From a virus: DNA of 38,873 nt. The stretch is taken from IMG/VR virus record IMGVR_UViG_3300002138_000031, positions 1-38,873 of that record, one strand, 5' to 3'. A program made the position numbers and the translations under genes. The notes under the pieces were generated by a model. The model was given only the letters and a program-made list of their open reading frames with translations, had not been told where the DNA came from and searched no databases. The number at the start of each line of letters is the position of its first letter. Position 1 is the first letter of the stretch. Positions 1 to 7,991 of this stretch are shown here, in pieces.

Positions 1-71
1 CTTAACCAACCTATCCAAGCAATAAGAAATTGGTTTAGAATATTGGCACAAGGTGGGCATCTAATTATTTG
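1..71. repeat. Direct terminal repeat, copy 1 (circular-closure overlap)
   Basis: 1..71 (cttaaccaacctatccaagc...ctaattatttg) is identical base for base to 38803..38873. The repeat lies inside an ORF that continues in frame across the junction. Confidence 0.95.
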
Positions 72-348
72 CGTACCTCATAGAGACTTATACGAGCGTA
101 AAAAGACATTACCTAGCAAATGGAATTTAGATCATAAGTTTTTTATATTACCTGACACAGAAGAAGCCCCCGACACTAAAAGTCTAAAAGGATTAATTGA
201 AACGGCTTTAGATGGGCAGTCTTACAAGATAATCAGCATAAAGACACAAGACACATCAACCAACAAAGATAAGCCAGAGGAACATGGTAATGGCGAATAT
301 CAAATAGAGGCAATAATCTACAAACCTAAAAAGAGAGGTAAAAAATAA
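1..348 (+). CDS. Class I SAM-dependent methyltransferase, 3' part (gene starts at 38569 and wraps the junction)
   Basis: Frame 1 is open from base 1 (LNQPIQAIRNWFRILAQGGHLIICVP...) and continues the ORF from ATG 38569 in frame. The joined product is 193 aa, with motif I VIDIGVG and a LAQGGHLII post-motif. Confidence 0.8.
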   Translation, partial: LNQPIQAIRNWFRILAQGGHLIICVPHRDLYERKKTLPSKWNLDHKFFILPDTEEAPDTKSLKGLIETALDGQSYKIISIKTQDTSTNKDKPEEHGNGEYQIEAIIYKPKKRGKK

Positions 349-356
349 TTATTCTC

Positions 357-381
357 AGTCGTCTTATAAAAAGAGATGACT
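357..381 (+). other. Hairpin after the methyltransferase stop (weak terminator or regulatory stem-loop)
   Basis: AGTCGTCT (357..364) pairs with AGATGACT (374..381), 8 bp with one G-U and a 9-nt loop. No U-tract follows. The 5' arm shares AGTCGTCTT with 9979..9987. Confidence 0.25.
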
Positions 382-457
382 AAGATAATAGAAATAAGAA
401 TAACCACTAACAGCCCACACGCTGTAAAAGATAACGCAACTAAACAAAAACAAGCTA

Positions 458-625
458 ATGGATAAGGCAGAGGTAAAAATTAAACTAGAGAGTTTGTTAA
501 AGGATATTCAAGAAGATTCAAACATCCCTTGTGATGACGATCAATGTGATGATGAGTGGTGTAATCTATCTAAAGCTATCTTAAACGTATTAAAATATCA
601 CTACGAAACTAATGGGCAGACCTAA
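458..625 (+). CDS. Small acidic Cys-rich hypothetical protein (55 aa)
   Basis: My own translation, below the track cutoff: ATG 458, TAA 623..625, MDKAEVKIKLESLLKDIQEDSNIPCDDDQCDDEWCNLSK... It overlaps the terS start by 14 nt and fills the gap upstream of terS. Confidence 0.3.
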   Translation: MDKAEVKIKLESLLKDIQEDSNIPCDDDQCDDEWCNLSKAILNVLKYHYETNGQT

Positions 626-1022
626 AGGAACTAAATACATAGAAACACCTGAAAAGATGTGGGAGTTATTCTGTAAGTATGCAGAGCAAGTTAAATCCAC
701 CCCACGTTTTAGAACTCAGTTTGTAGGTAGAGATGGGGAAATGGTTAAAGAACCGTTAGAAAGACCTTTAACAATGGAAGGGTTTGAATTGTATTGTGCT
801 GATAACATAGGATATGTACACCAATATTTTGTTAATCAAGATAATTTGTATGACGATTATATGAACATCTGCTCACGCATACGCAAAGAAATAAGAAGAG
901 ACCAGATAGAAGGGGGCATGGTTGGTCAGTATAACCCATCAATTACTCAGAGGTTAAATAACTTAGTTGAAAAGCAAGAAACTACAATAATTGAGCAGCC
1001 CCTTTTCCCAGAAGAAAGTTAA
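612..1022 (+). CDS. terS: Terminase small subunit (putative)
   Basis: 136 aa immediately upstream of terL. It has a basic N-terminus (GRPKGTKY) and a PLTMEGFELYC motif that recall small-terminase families. The call rests on position plus motif memory, with no search. Confidence 0.65.
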   Translation: MGRPKGTKYIETPEKMWELFCKYAEQVKSTPRFRTQFVGRDGEMVKEPLERPLTMEGFELYCADNIGYVHQYFVNQDNLYDDYMNICSRIRKEIRRDQIEGGMVGQYNPSITQRLNNLVEKQETTIIEQPLFPEES

Positions 1023-1141
1023 ACAAAACATATAATTAACCAGAACAAGGTTTTAATGAATATCAATAAGTTATATCAAAAATTACCGAGAAAACACAAA
1101 ATAATCCAGAACAAAGTAATAAGTATAAAAGTTAAACAAAA

Positions 1142-2302
1142 GTGTTTAAACGGACCACTGCAATAAATAAACTACTTAAACTAACTGCCCGTAAAAAGGT
1201 TGTTCAAGGTGGCACATCCGCAGCAAAGACATACGCTATACTTGCTATTCTAATTGATAAGGCAGCAAAGAAACCACATACAGAGATAAGCGTAGTATCA
1301 GAAACAATACCAGCTTTAAGGCGTGGAGCGATGAAAGACTTCATAAAGATAATGGAGTGGACCAATAGATTTATCCCTGACCATTGGAATAAAACACTTT
1401 TAACTTATACATTTGCTAATGGTTCTTTTATTGAGTTCTTTAGTGCCGATCAAGAAAGTAAATTAAGAGGGGCAAGGCGTGAAATACTTTATATTAATGA
1501 AGCAAACAATTTAACCTTTGAAGCATACCACCAATTAGCAATTAGAACAAGTGGAGAAATTTGGTTAGACTATAACCCAAGTGCTGAGTTCTGGGCTCAT
1601 ACGGAAGTAGCAAAAGAAAACGATGCTGAGTTAATTATTTTAACCTATAAAGATAATGAGAGTTTAAGTGATACGATTGTTAAAGATATTGAAAGTGCTA
1701 GGAGTAAAGCTGAAACTTCTACATATTGGGCAAATTGGTGGAAGGTTTACGGATTAGGGGAGGTAGGTAGTGTTCAAGGTACTATCTATACTAATTGGCA
1801 GTTAATAGACAATATACCAAGTGAAGCAAGATTGTTAGGTATTGGTTTAGACTTTGGCTATTCAGTTGATCCTACATCAGCAGTTGCAATTTATAAATAT
1901 AACAATCAATATATAATTGATGAGTTGATTTACCAAAAAGAATTAAGCAATAGAGATATTTATAACCTTCTAAAAGATAATAGAGATATTGTAATATGTG
2001 ATAGTGCTGAGCCTAAAAGTATAGCAGAGTTACAAAGTTATGGGTTAAGGTGTATGGGTGCGGTCAAAGGTCCAGATAGTATAAGAAACGGTATACAATT
2101 AATTCAACAGCAGGAATTACTTGTGACTAAAAGAAGTACTAACTTAATAAAAGAATTAAGGGCTTATGTTTGGGAAACGGATAGGAACGGCAAAGAGACG
2201 GGCAAACCTATTGACGCTATGAATCACTCAATGGATGCTATGAGGTATGGTTTTAGCCATTTAATAAAGAATCAAAACTATGGTAAATATCATGTTGCGT
2301 AA
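1142..2302 (+). CDS. terL: Terminase large subunit (PBSX/Terminase_3-like)
   Basis: GTG is the first start after the in-frame TAA at 1133..1135. Walker A-like VVQGGTSAAKT, Walker B-like EILYINEA, and a nuclease-half motif LDFGYSVDPTSAV. Confidence 0.9.
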   Translation: MFKRTTAINKLLKLTARKKVVQGGTSAAKTYAILAILIDKAAKKPHTEISVVSETIPALRRGAMKDFIKIMEWTNRFIPDHWNKTLLTYTFANGSFIEFFSADQESKLRGARREILYINEANNLTFEAYHQLAIRTSGEIWLDYNPSAEFWAHTEVAKENDAELIILTYKDNESLSDTIVKDIESARSKAETSTYWANWWKVYGLGEVGSVQGTIYTNWQLIDNIPSEARLLGIGLDFGYSVDPTSAVAIYKYNNQYIIDELIYQKELSNRDIYNLLKDNRDIVICDSAEPKSIAELQSYGLRCMGAVKGPDSIRNGIQLIQQQELLVTKRSTNLIKELRAYVWETDRNGKETGKPIDAMNHSMDAMRYGFSHLIKNQNYGKYHVA

Positions 2303-2308
2303 ATTCAT

Positions 2309-2316
2309 TATCTTTG
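2309..2316 (+). promoter_or_regulatory. Bacteroidota-type -7 promoter box TAtcTTTG, 4 nt before the start codon
   Basis: tatctttgtagtATG. The same 15-mer pattern (TATCTTTGTnnTATG) recurs at 22766..22780. No clear -33 TTTG. Confidence 0.45.
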
Positions 2317-2320
2317 TAGT

Positions 2321-2650
2321 ATGAAATACATTATTATAGTATTGCTTTTAATGTCTTGTAGTAAAGATAAATTAAAGTACAATGAATATGAGTTAATGAT
2401 TACCAATGCAGAGAGTTATTCAACTGTATTAATAAATGGCAAGTATCATTACCTTACAAAGGTCTACAAACAAAGTGTTAATAAAGGTGATGCCATTGAA
2501 TTGACCATAGAAGGGGCTGAAAGAAATGTAACAAGCAAAACACTTGTCGAGGTCTACAAAGGGGGTAAAAAGAAGTTTAGCAATATGGTTGTATCCCCTT
2601 TCTTCTTATCTGGTCACATTGAAAAGAAATTAACAGTAAATGTGCAATGA
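2321..2650 (+). CDS. Small lipoprotein (109 aa), moron-like
   Basis: N-terminus MKYIIIVLLLMSCSKDK gives a signal peptide plus lipobox (LMSC). It has its own -7 box directly upstream and sits between terL and the structural genes. Confidence 0.7.
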   Translation: MKYIIIVLLLMSCSKDKLKYNEYELMITNAESYSTVLINGKYHYLTKVYKQSVNKGDAIELTIEGAERNVTSKTLVEVYKGGKKKFSNMVVSPFFLSGHIEKKLTVNVQ

Positions 2651-2695
2651 TAAAACTTTTAATTATATTGATAATTGCCTTTATTTGCATTTATT

Positions 2696-2881
2696 ATGCC
2701 ACAAGAGATTGAAGAAGGGTACTACTATACTTACATGAGTGAGGATGGTTGGAGAATATACGAGTATAAAATTATGTCGTGGGGTTCTTTTTTCTTTGCT
2801 TGTGGTAGCGATGTTGCCTATGATGTAAGTGTATTTGACCAAGTTAAACCAGTACCAATGCCCAAAAGTGATGAATTATAG
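2696..2881 (+). CDS. Hypothetical protein (61 aa from ATG 2696)
   Basis: The track ORF 2675..2881 starts at TTG. The in-frame ATG at 2696 (MPQEIEEGYYY...) is the more likely start. Confidence 0.4.
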   Translation: MPQEIEEGYYYTYMSEDGWRIYEYKIMSWGSFFFACGSDVAYDVSVFDQVKPVPMPKSDEL

Positions 2882-3398
2882 TAATGTAACAATAGATCAA
2901 TTCCAAAGATTAACCCAAGTAGTTAAAATACACGATGGTAATGTCTTTATGATAGGGGCAAACATTATTAATATCTTTGAAGGGGTATCAATAGACGAGG
3001 TAAAATTATGGACGGTAAACAAATTAGAAAAGAAGATGGTTAAGTATTCTTTTTTAAACGATTCGATACCAGAAGATAATTGGGTTAAAGAATTTACCTT
3101 AGAAGATAAAACCTATAAAGTAATCCAAACACCTGATAAGTGGAATGTAGGGCAGTTTATTTCAATAGCATCACTTACTAAAACCCCCGAAGAAATAATA
3201 AGTAATTTACATTTAATCTTAGCCGCTATGGTATGCACTAATGAACACGATGTAATGGATACATCTAGGTTATTTAAAGAGCGTTTAAGTATAGACATAG
3301 CTTATCCAATAGGTCTTTTTTTTTGCGCTGTTATGCTGAAATTACCCAAAAGTATAACTCATTATTTGAAGGTGGAGTTGCAACATGGTTTGGATTAA
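2871..3398 (+). CDS. Hypothetical virion-assembly protein, 0-frame product of a putative -1 frameshift pair (tail-assembly-chaperone-like arrangement)
   Basis: ATG 2871 (MNYSNVTIDQFQRL) overlaps the previous stop. The 0 frame ends 25 codons after a T9 run, and the -1 frame stays open for about 75 more codons. Confidence 0.5.
   Translation: MNYSNVTIDQFQRLTQVVKIHDGNVFMIGANIINIFEGVSIDEVKLWTVNKLEKKMVKYSFLNDSIPEDNWVKEFTLEDKTYKVIQTPDKWNVGQFISIASLTKTPEEIISNLHLILAAMVCTNEHDVMDTSRLFKERLSIDIAYPIGLFFCAVMLKLPKSITHYLKVELQHGLD
3316..3324 (+). promoter_or_regulatory. T9 homopolymer: putative -1 ribosomal frameshift or transcriptional slippage site
   Basis: 0-frame codons are CTT TTT TTT TGC, giving a U_UUU_UUU heptamer at 3317..3323. 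It lies exactly where ORF 2871..3398 and ORF 3323..3547 overlap. Confidence 0.45.
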
Positions 3399-3547
3399 AG
3401 TGGGGATGGTATGATATAGCCGTTCATGTAGCAGGTGACTTGCTTAATCTCAATCGTCTTTATGATGTAGGCATTTATGATTTCTTAAACCATTTATCCT
3501 ACCAAAAAGACAAAGAGATATTTAAGAGTGAATCAAACGATAAGTGA
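3323..3547 (+). CDS. -1 frame extension ORF (no ATG start of its own)
   Basis: The translation (L)RCYAEITQKYNSLFEGGVATWFGLKWGWYDIAVHVAGD... looks protein-like. There is no in-frame ATG, and the ORF begins at the T9 run. Confidence 0.45.
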   Translation: MRCYAEITQKYNSLFEGGVATWFGLKWGWYDIAVHVAGDLLNLNRLYDVGIYDFLNHLSYQKDKEIFKSESNDK

Positions 3548-4067
3548 TAAAATATTTGCGGTTACTACTGAATGGGCTAATGAACGCATATTTCAGGCTA
3601 GAGAACTATTAAAAAGGTCTGGAATACATGAAGCACAACAATTACCCGCATCTATTCACTATGATTCTGAGTTAAGCCCACAAACTATAATCTTTTCTTT
3701 TTATGCTGCTGATTACTATATTTATGTTGATCAGGGTGTAGAGGGGTTAGGTCCTAATAAGAAACCCACAACGGGTAAATTTAAGTTTAAAACACTTTCA
3801 GTATCTAAGGGCATGGCTGCTAGTATTCAAGATTGGATAGCCAGAAAACCTATTTTAATTAGACAAGATAAAAAAGAATCGAGTAAGTCTAGTGTAATTC
3901 CTAGAGCGGTAAGTGTAAGTTATGCAATAGCAAAGACAATCAAAAAGACTGGTATAGGTAAAACATTATTTTGGTCAAATACATTTAATGAAAAGAGTTA
4001 TAAAGAATTAGGTAAAAGATTGGAAAAGTCTTTAGGTGAAGCATATAGAATAGAAATTAAGTTATGA
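3528..4067 (+). CDS. Hypothetical structural-module protein (179 aa)
   Basis: GTG start overlapping the previous ORF end, and ATGA overlap with the next gene. I recognised no motif. Confidence 0.55.
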   Translation: MNQTISDKIFAVTTEWANERIFQARELLKRSGIHEAQQLPASIHYDSELSPQTIIFSFYAADYYIYVDQGVEGLGPNKKPTTGKFKFKTLSVSKGMAASIQDWIARKPILIRQDKKESSKSSVIPRAVSVSYAIAKTIKKTGIGKTLFWSNTFNEKSYKELGKRLEKSLGEAYRIEIKL

Positions 4068-5308
4068 GTTTAACAATAGAGCAAAGCGCAGAAGATTTTG
4101 CCCCCGTATTTAATCCGATGGACTTTATTGTTTCATCAGATAATCTAATAGGCAATACTTTCTTTTTCTACTTAGTGAAAGTACAAGATGACAACGGAGA
4201 TACTATTAGCCAACATAGATACCTACCACGTCCAGACAATTCGTTATTAAAGTTTGATGCCTCAAGGATTTTAGAAAAATATACTTCTTATGATATTAGC
4301 GGTATTCAATCTGGTACTACTGGTTTTAGGCGCACTTCTAATGTTTACAAAGAATATAGATTACAATTTGTAGAGGAAACGGGTAGTGTAGCGAGTGCGG
4401 TTACTAGTGGGGCTACCACATCAACATCTTACAAATATGCTTTTAATGGTGCGTTAGATGATGTTATAGATTATGATTCTGATTTATGGGTTATATCTGA
4501 TTCTACTTTATTACCTTCATTGCAGCAACAAAGATTCTTAACCGATCAAAGAGGCGCAAACATTAGAATAAAAACCACTGAAAGTTTTGAGTTAGGAATG
4601 ATGACAACCGCAGGGAGTGGGCAAGGCGTTAAAAAAATAGTTGTAAAAACTTATGATATATCTAATAGTTTACTTGGCACTTATGAAATAACAAACGCTT
4701 ATGCAAGTGGGGTTACAACGCCTGATTTATTTTTAAGTTGTTTAGTTGGTCCAGTTGATTTGAATAGTACTACTTTGTCTAGTGGTAGCCAACCGATCAT
4801 AACTTCTTCAGTCGACAAATACACTGTATATACACAAAGTAATGCAGGTGATATTACAAGTGAAACATTAACTTTTAAAATAGATACAAGTTGTAACTCA
4901 GGCATAAGAATACACTACCTTAACCGATTAGGGCGTATAGATTCATTTACTTTTAACTTTGCTAATGATAGCAGTTTAGAAGTAACCAAGTCAGCATTTA
5001 GAAAATTGTCAGGGTCATTCAGTGGATCCACATTTGCGAGAACAAGATATGAAAGCGAAAGTACTAATTTCTTTACTCAAGTTGATAAAAAGATTAAAGT
5101 AAGAACAGATTATATAAGCGACACAGAAGCGGAGTGGTTACAATATATGGTTAGCAGTCCTATACATTGGGGTATTATTGATGGGGAGTTAGTTAATTTA
5201 GTTTTAGATACTAAAAGCTATAATGTTCAAACCGCTGAAAAAAATAAAATATTCTTTATTGAATGTGATTTTACCTTTAGTAAATCAATATACAGACAAA
5301 GACTATGA
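4064..5308 (+). CDS. Virion structural protein (414 aa), possibly distal tail or baseplate
   Basis: Long Ser/Thr-rich ORF coupled by ATGA overlaps to both neighbours in the block that precedes the tape-measure-like gene. Function is inferred from context only. Confidence 0.4.
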   Translation: MSLTIEQSAEDFAPVFNPMDFIVSSDNLIGNTFFFYLVKVQDDNGDTISQHRYLPRPDNSLLKFDASRILEKYTSYDISGIQSGTTGFRRTSNVYKEYRLQFVEETGSVASAVTSGATTSTSYKYAFNGALDDVIDYDSDLWVISDSTLLPSLQQQRFLTDQRGANIRIKTTESFELGMMTTAGSGQGVKKIVVKTYDISNSLLGTYEITNAYASGVTTPDLFLSCLVGPVDLNSTTLSSGSQPIITSSVDKYTVYTQSNAGDITSETLTFKIDTSCNSGIRIHYLNRLGRIDSFTFNFANDSSLEVTKSAFRKLSGSFSGSTFARTRYESESTNFFTQVDKKIKVRTDYISDTEAEWLQYMVSSPIHWGIIDGELVNLVLDTKSYNVQTAEKNKIFFIECDFTFSKSIYRQRL

Positions 5309-7986
5309 ACTATACTATTGAACTTGATGATGATAGTAACTTAGCAATAACTAAGGGTATCTATGATATTACACAACCAGACAAACGAAAGTCTAATTTT
5401 ACTAAAACAATAATAGTACCTTCAAGTGCTGAGAACGACCAAATATTTGCAAGTCAATTTGATGTTAATTTTAGTTTAGATGATAACACTCAATTTGCCC
5501 CTTACTTTAATCCTAATAAAAAAGCCCCCTGTAATATACACACTGATACAATAGAGCAAGTAACTGGGTATGCACAATTAACGGATATTGTTTTAAATAG
5601 GTACTCCAATAAGGTAGAATATAAATTAACTATCTATGGTGAGATTAGAGATTTATGGGCAGAGTTATCTAATAAAACATTAGCAGACTTAGACTTATCA
5701 GAATACAATCATACATACAATGAAACTAATATAGAAGCATCATGGTCCAATACTAGTGGCTACCTTTACCCTATGGTAGATTATGGGGACAACCACCAAA
5801 ACTATGACACTGGCACATTAATAAATGACTTTTGGATAACAGAACATTTTAAACCTTGGATATTTGTAAAGACAATTATTGATAAAATATTTCAAGATAC
5901 TTCATTTAAATACTATTCAGAGTTTTTTGAGACTGATGAATTTAAAAGTTTAATATATCAAGGGGATATTAACGGATTAACCTTAGACGATACTGAAATA
6001 GCAGCGTTAGCGGTGGTGGCAGAAAAAACAGGTACTACTAATTATTCTAGCGTGGGGTCTGCAAGGACTTCTACATATTGTTATACTAATTACCCTGTTA
6101 TATTTGATTCTGAAATATTAGACCCTGCTACTCAATACGACAATACAACGGGTTTAGTTACTATTGACACAGGTGGATTCTATGAATATCAATTTAGTTT
6201 TGAAGCTGATATTACTAATATAGGGGTAGTAGATTTCCCTAATGGTAGGCTAGTTATTAAAGTTGGTTTAGTTAATTCATCAGGTACTATATTAGCATTA
6301 GATGTAGTCAATATCCCCCCATCACAAGTATTCAACTTAGGCGTAGGGTCATCAACGGCTATCCCGATAGGCATGAACTTTAGCGGGGTTAGATTTGACG
6401 CAGCAGATACTTTTAAGTTGGCTATATTAGAATGTTCTATTTATGTAGGAACTCAAGTTCAAACATTAATTCAAGGAGTTAACACACGATTAGATGTTAA
6501 GGCTAATTCATCTTTCTACATCCAACCTCAACCACAAACATTCTACGGGCAAACTGTTAGAGTAAATAATCTTTTAGATACCAATAAAACACAAAAGGAC
6601 TTCTTAATGGATTTAGTTAAGATGTTTAACTTGTATATTGAGCCTTATTGGTTTAGAGAGGGTGACGACAATAGCGGTAAATTCAATCAATATCTTATTG
6701 AGCCTAGAGATGAATATTTTATAGATGAGGTAATTGATTGGACTTACAACTTAGATACTGAGAAAGATTTTACTATTAAACCTAATGCGTTAGTAGATTC
6801 TAAGTTCTATTATTTTTCTTACAAAAAAGATGTTGATTTATTAAACAATACTTATGAAGTACAAACTGGTCGTATATATGGTGACTATGTACATGATATT
6901 GATAACGACTTTACAAAAGGCACTAAGAAAATTGAAATAGGTATTTCACCTACTTTAATGTCTAGCACTTCACAGCTAGACCATTGGAATAGGGTAATGC
7001 CTGTTATTAAATCTGTAACGGGTGAACCTACTATAAATAGTAACCCTAGAATATTATTCTACAATGGGCTAAAAGATAGTACATGGAACTTTAACGGCAC
7101 TTATAAAACACAATATCCATTAGCTAGTAACTTTGATAATTGGGAAGCCCCTACTATTGACTTAAACTTTGCGCAGCCTTTAGTGGTTTACTATAAACCC
7201 GATTCAAGCGGTCAATTAACTTTTACAACGGGGACTTTATTTAATAGATACTATTATAGACAAATAGCAGAAACAACATCTTTAAATAGTAAAATGGTAG
7301 AATGTTATATAAGGCTTAGACCTTCTGATATTCATAACCTTTCTTTTAGACCTTTATATTTTATTGATAATGCTTATTATAGATTGTACGAAGTTGTAGA
7401 TCATAATTATACAGATACTACATTATGTAGATTCTTAAAAATAGATGTAGCCACTCCGATTACAAATGAAATAATAACTTCAAGAGGTGGGCGTAAAACA
7501 TTTACAACTAATCCAACAGGACCAGCAGAGAAAGCCCCAAGCCCAGATGGTAAAGGAGGTGGAGGCGGTGAAACAAAACAAGGGTTTAGACTTAACCCAA
7601 ATATAGGGATAGGCACAACTGGCAACCCTAATACTCAAATAGCAGGGAATAATATACTTCAATCTGGTATAAGTAGAGGCTATGTTATTAAAGATAATCT
7701 AATAGACTTAGGTTTTCAATACATGAATGTTACATCAGGTGCAACTACTTTAACAGGTCAAGAAGGTAGCCCGCTTTATGTAATAGCAGACACGACAGAT
7801 GGTAATGTATTATTATATTTGCCAGACGAGACATTATATGCAGGTTCGGTAATCCATACCAAAAAGACAGTAGCAGGTAATCAACTTCAAATATATTCAT
7901 CAGGTGACGTATTGCAAGAAACGTGTTCAAGTATAAATGAGGTCCACTTTTTTTTATTAACGACTGACGGTATAATTAAATTTTAA
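5305..7986 (+). CDS. Large virion structural protein (893 aa), possibly tail tip or baseplate
   Basis: Largest ORF. It has a Gly-rich linker (PSPDGKGGGGGETKQG) before a C-terminal domain of about 110 aa and sits next to the tape-measure-like gene. Function is inferred from context only. Confidence 0.4.
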   Translation: MNYTIELDDDSNLAITKGIYDITQPDKRKSNFTKTIIVPSSAENDQIFASQFDVNFSLDDNTQFAPYFNPNKKAPCNIHTDTIEQVTGYAQLTDIVLNRYSNKVEYKLTIYGEIRDLWAELSNKTLADLDLSEYNHTYNETNIEASWSNTSGYLYPMVDYGDNHQNYDTGTLINDFWITEHFKPWIFVKTIIDKIFQDTSFKYYSEFFETDEFKSLIYQGDINGLTLDDTEIAALAVVAEKTGTTNYSSVGSARTSTYCYTNYPVIFDSEILDPATQYDNTTGLVTIDTGGFYEYQFSFEADITNIGVVDFPNGRLVIKVGLVNSSGTILALDVVNIPPSQVFNLGVGSSTAIPIGMNFSGVRFDAADTFKLAILECSIYVGTQVQTLIQGVNTRLDVKANSSFYIQPQPQTFYGQTVRVNNLLDTNKTQKDFLMDLVKMFNLYIEPYWFREGDDNSGKFNQYLIEPRDEYFIDEVIDWTYNLDTEKDFTIKPNALVDSKFYYFSYKKDVDLLNNTYEVQTGRIYGDYVHDIDNDFTKGTKKIEIGISPTLMSSTSQLDHWNRVMPVIKSVTGEPTINSNPRILFYNGLKDSTWNFNGTYKTQYPLASNFDNWEAPTIDLNFAQPLVVYYKPDSSGQLTFTTGTLFNRYYYRQIAETTSLNSKMVECYIRLRPSDIHNLSFRPLYFIDNAYYRLYEVVDHNYTDTTLCRFLKIDVATPITNEIITSRGGRKTFTTNPTGPAEKAPSPDGKGGGGGETKQGFRLNPNIGIGTTGNPNTQIAGNNILQSGISRGYVIKDNLIDLGFQYMNVTSGATTLTGQEGSPLYVIADTTDGNVLLYLPDETLYAGSVIHTKKTVAGNQLQIYSSGDVLQETCSSINEVHFFLLTTDGIIKF

Positions 7987-7991
7987 ATAAC

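Noticed and set aside
1056-1166. 36-aa ORF in the terS-terL spacer
   Set aside because: It runs into the terL coding region out of frame, is basic and low-complexity, and has no coupling. The spacer is more likely regulatory.
2829-2870. GTG start at 2829 for the frameshift-pair gene, TTG start at 2675, and the start at 36899
   Set aside because: In each case an in-frame ATG a few codons downstream (2871, 2696, 36935) abuts or overlaps the previous stop, which is the pattern used throughout this genome.
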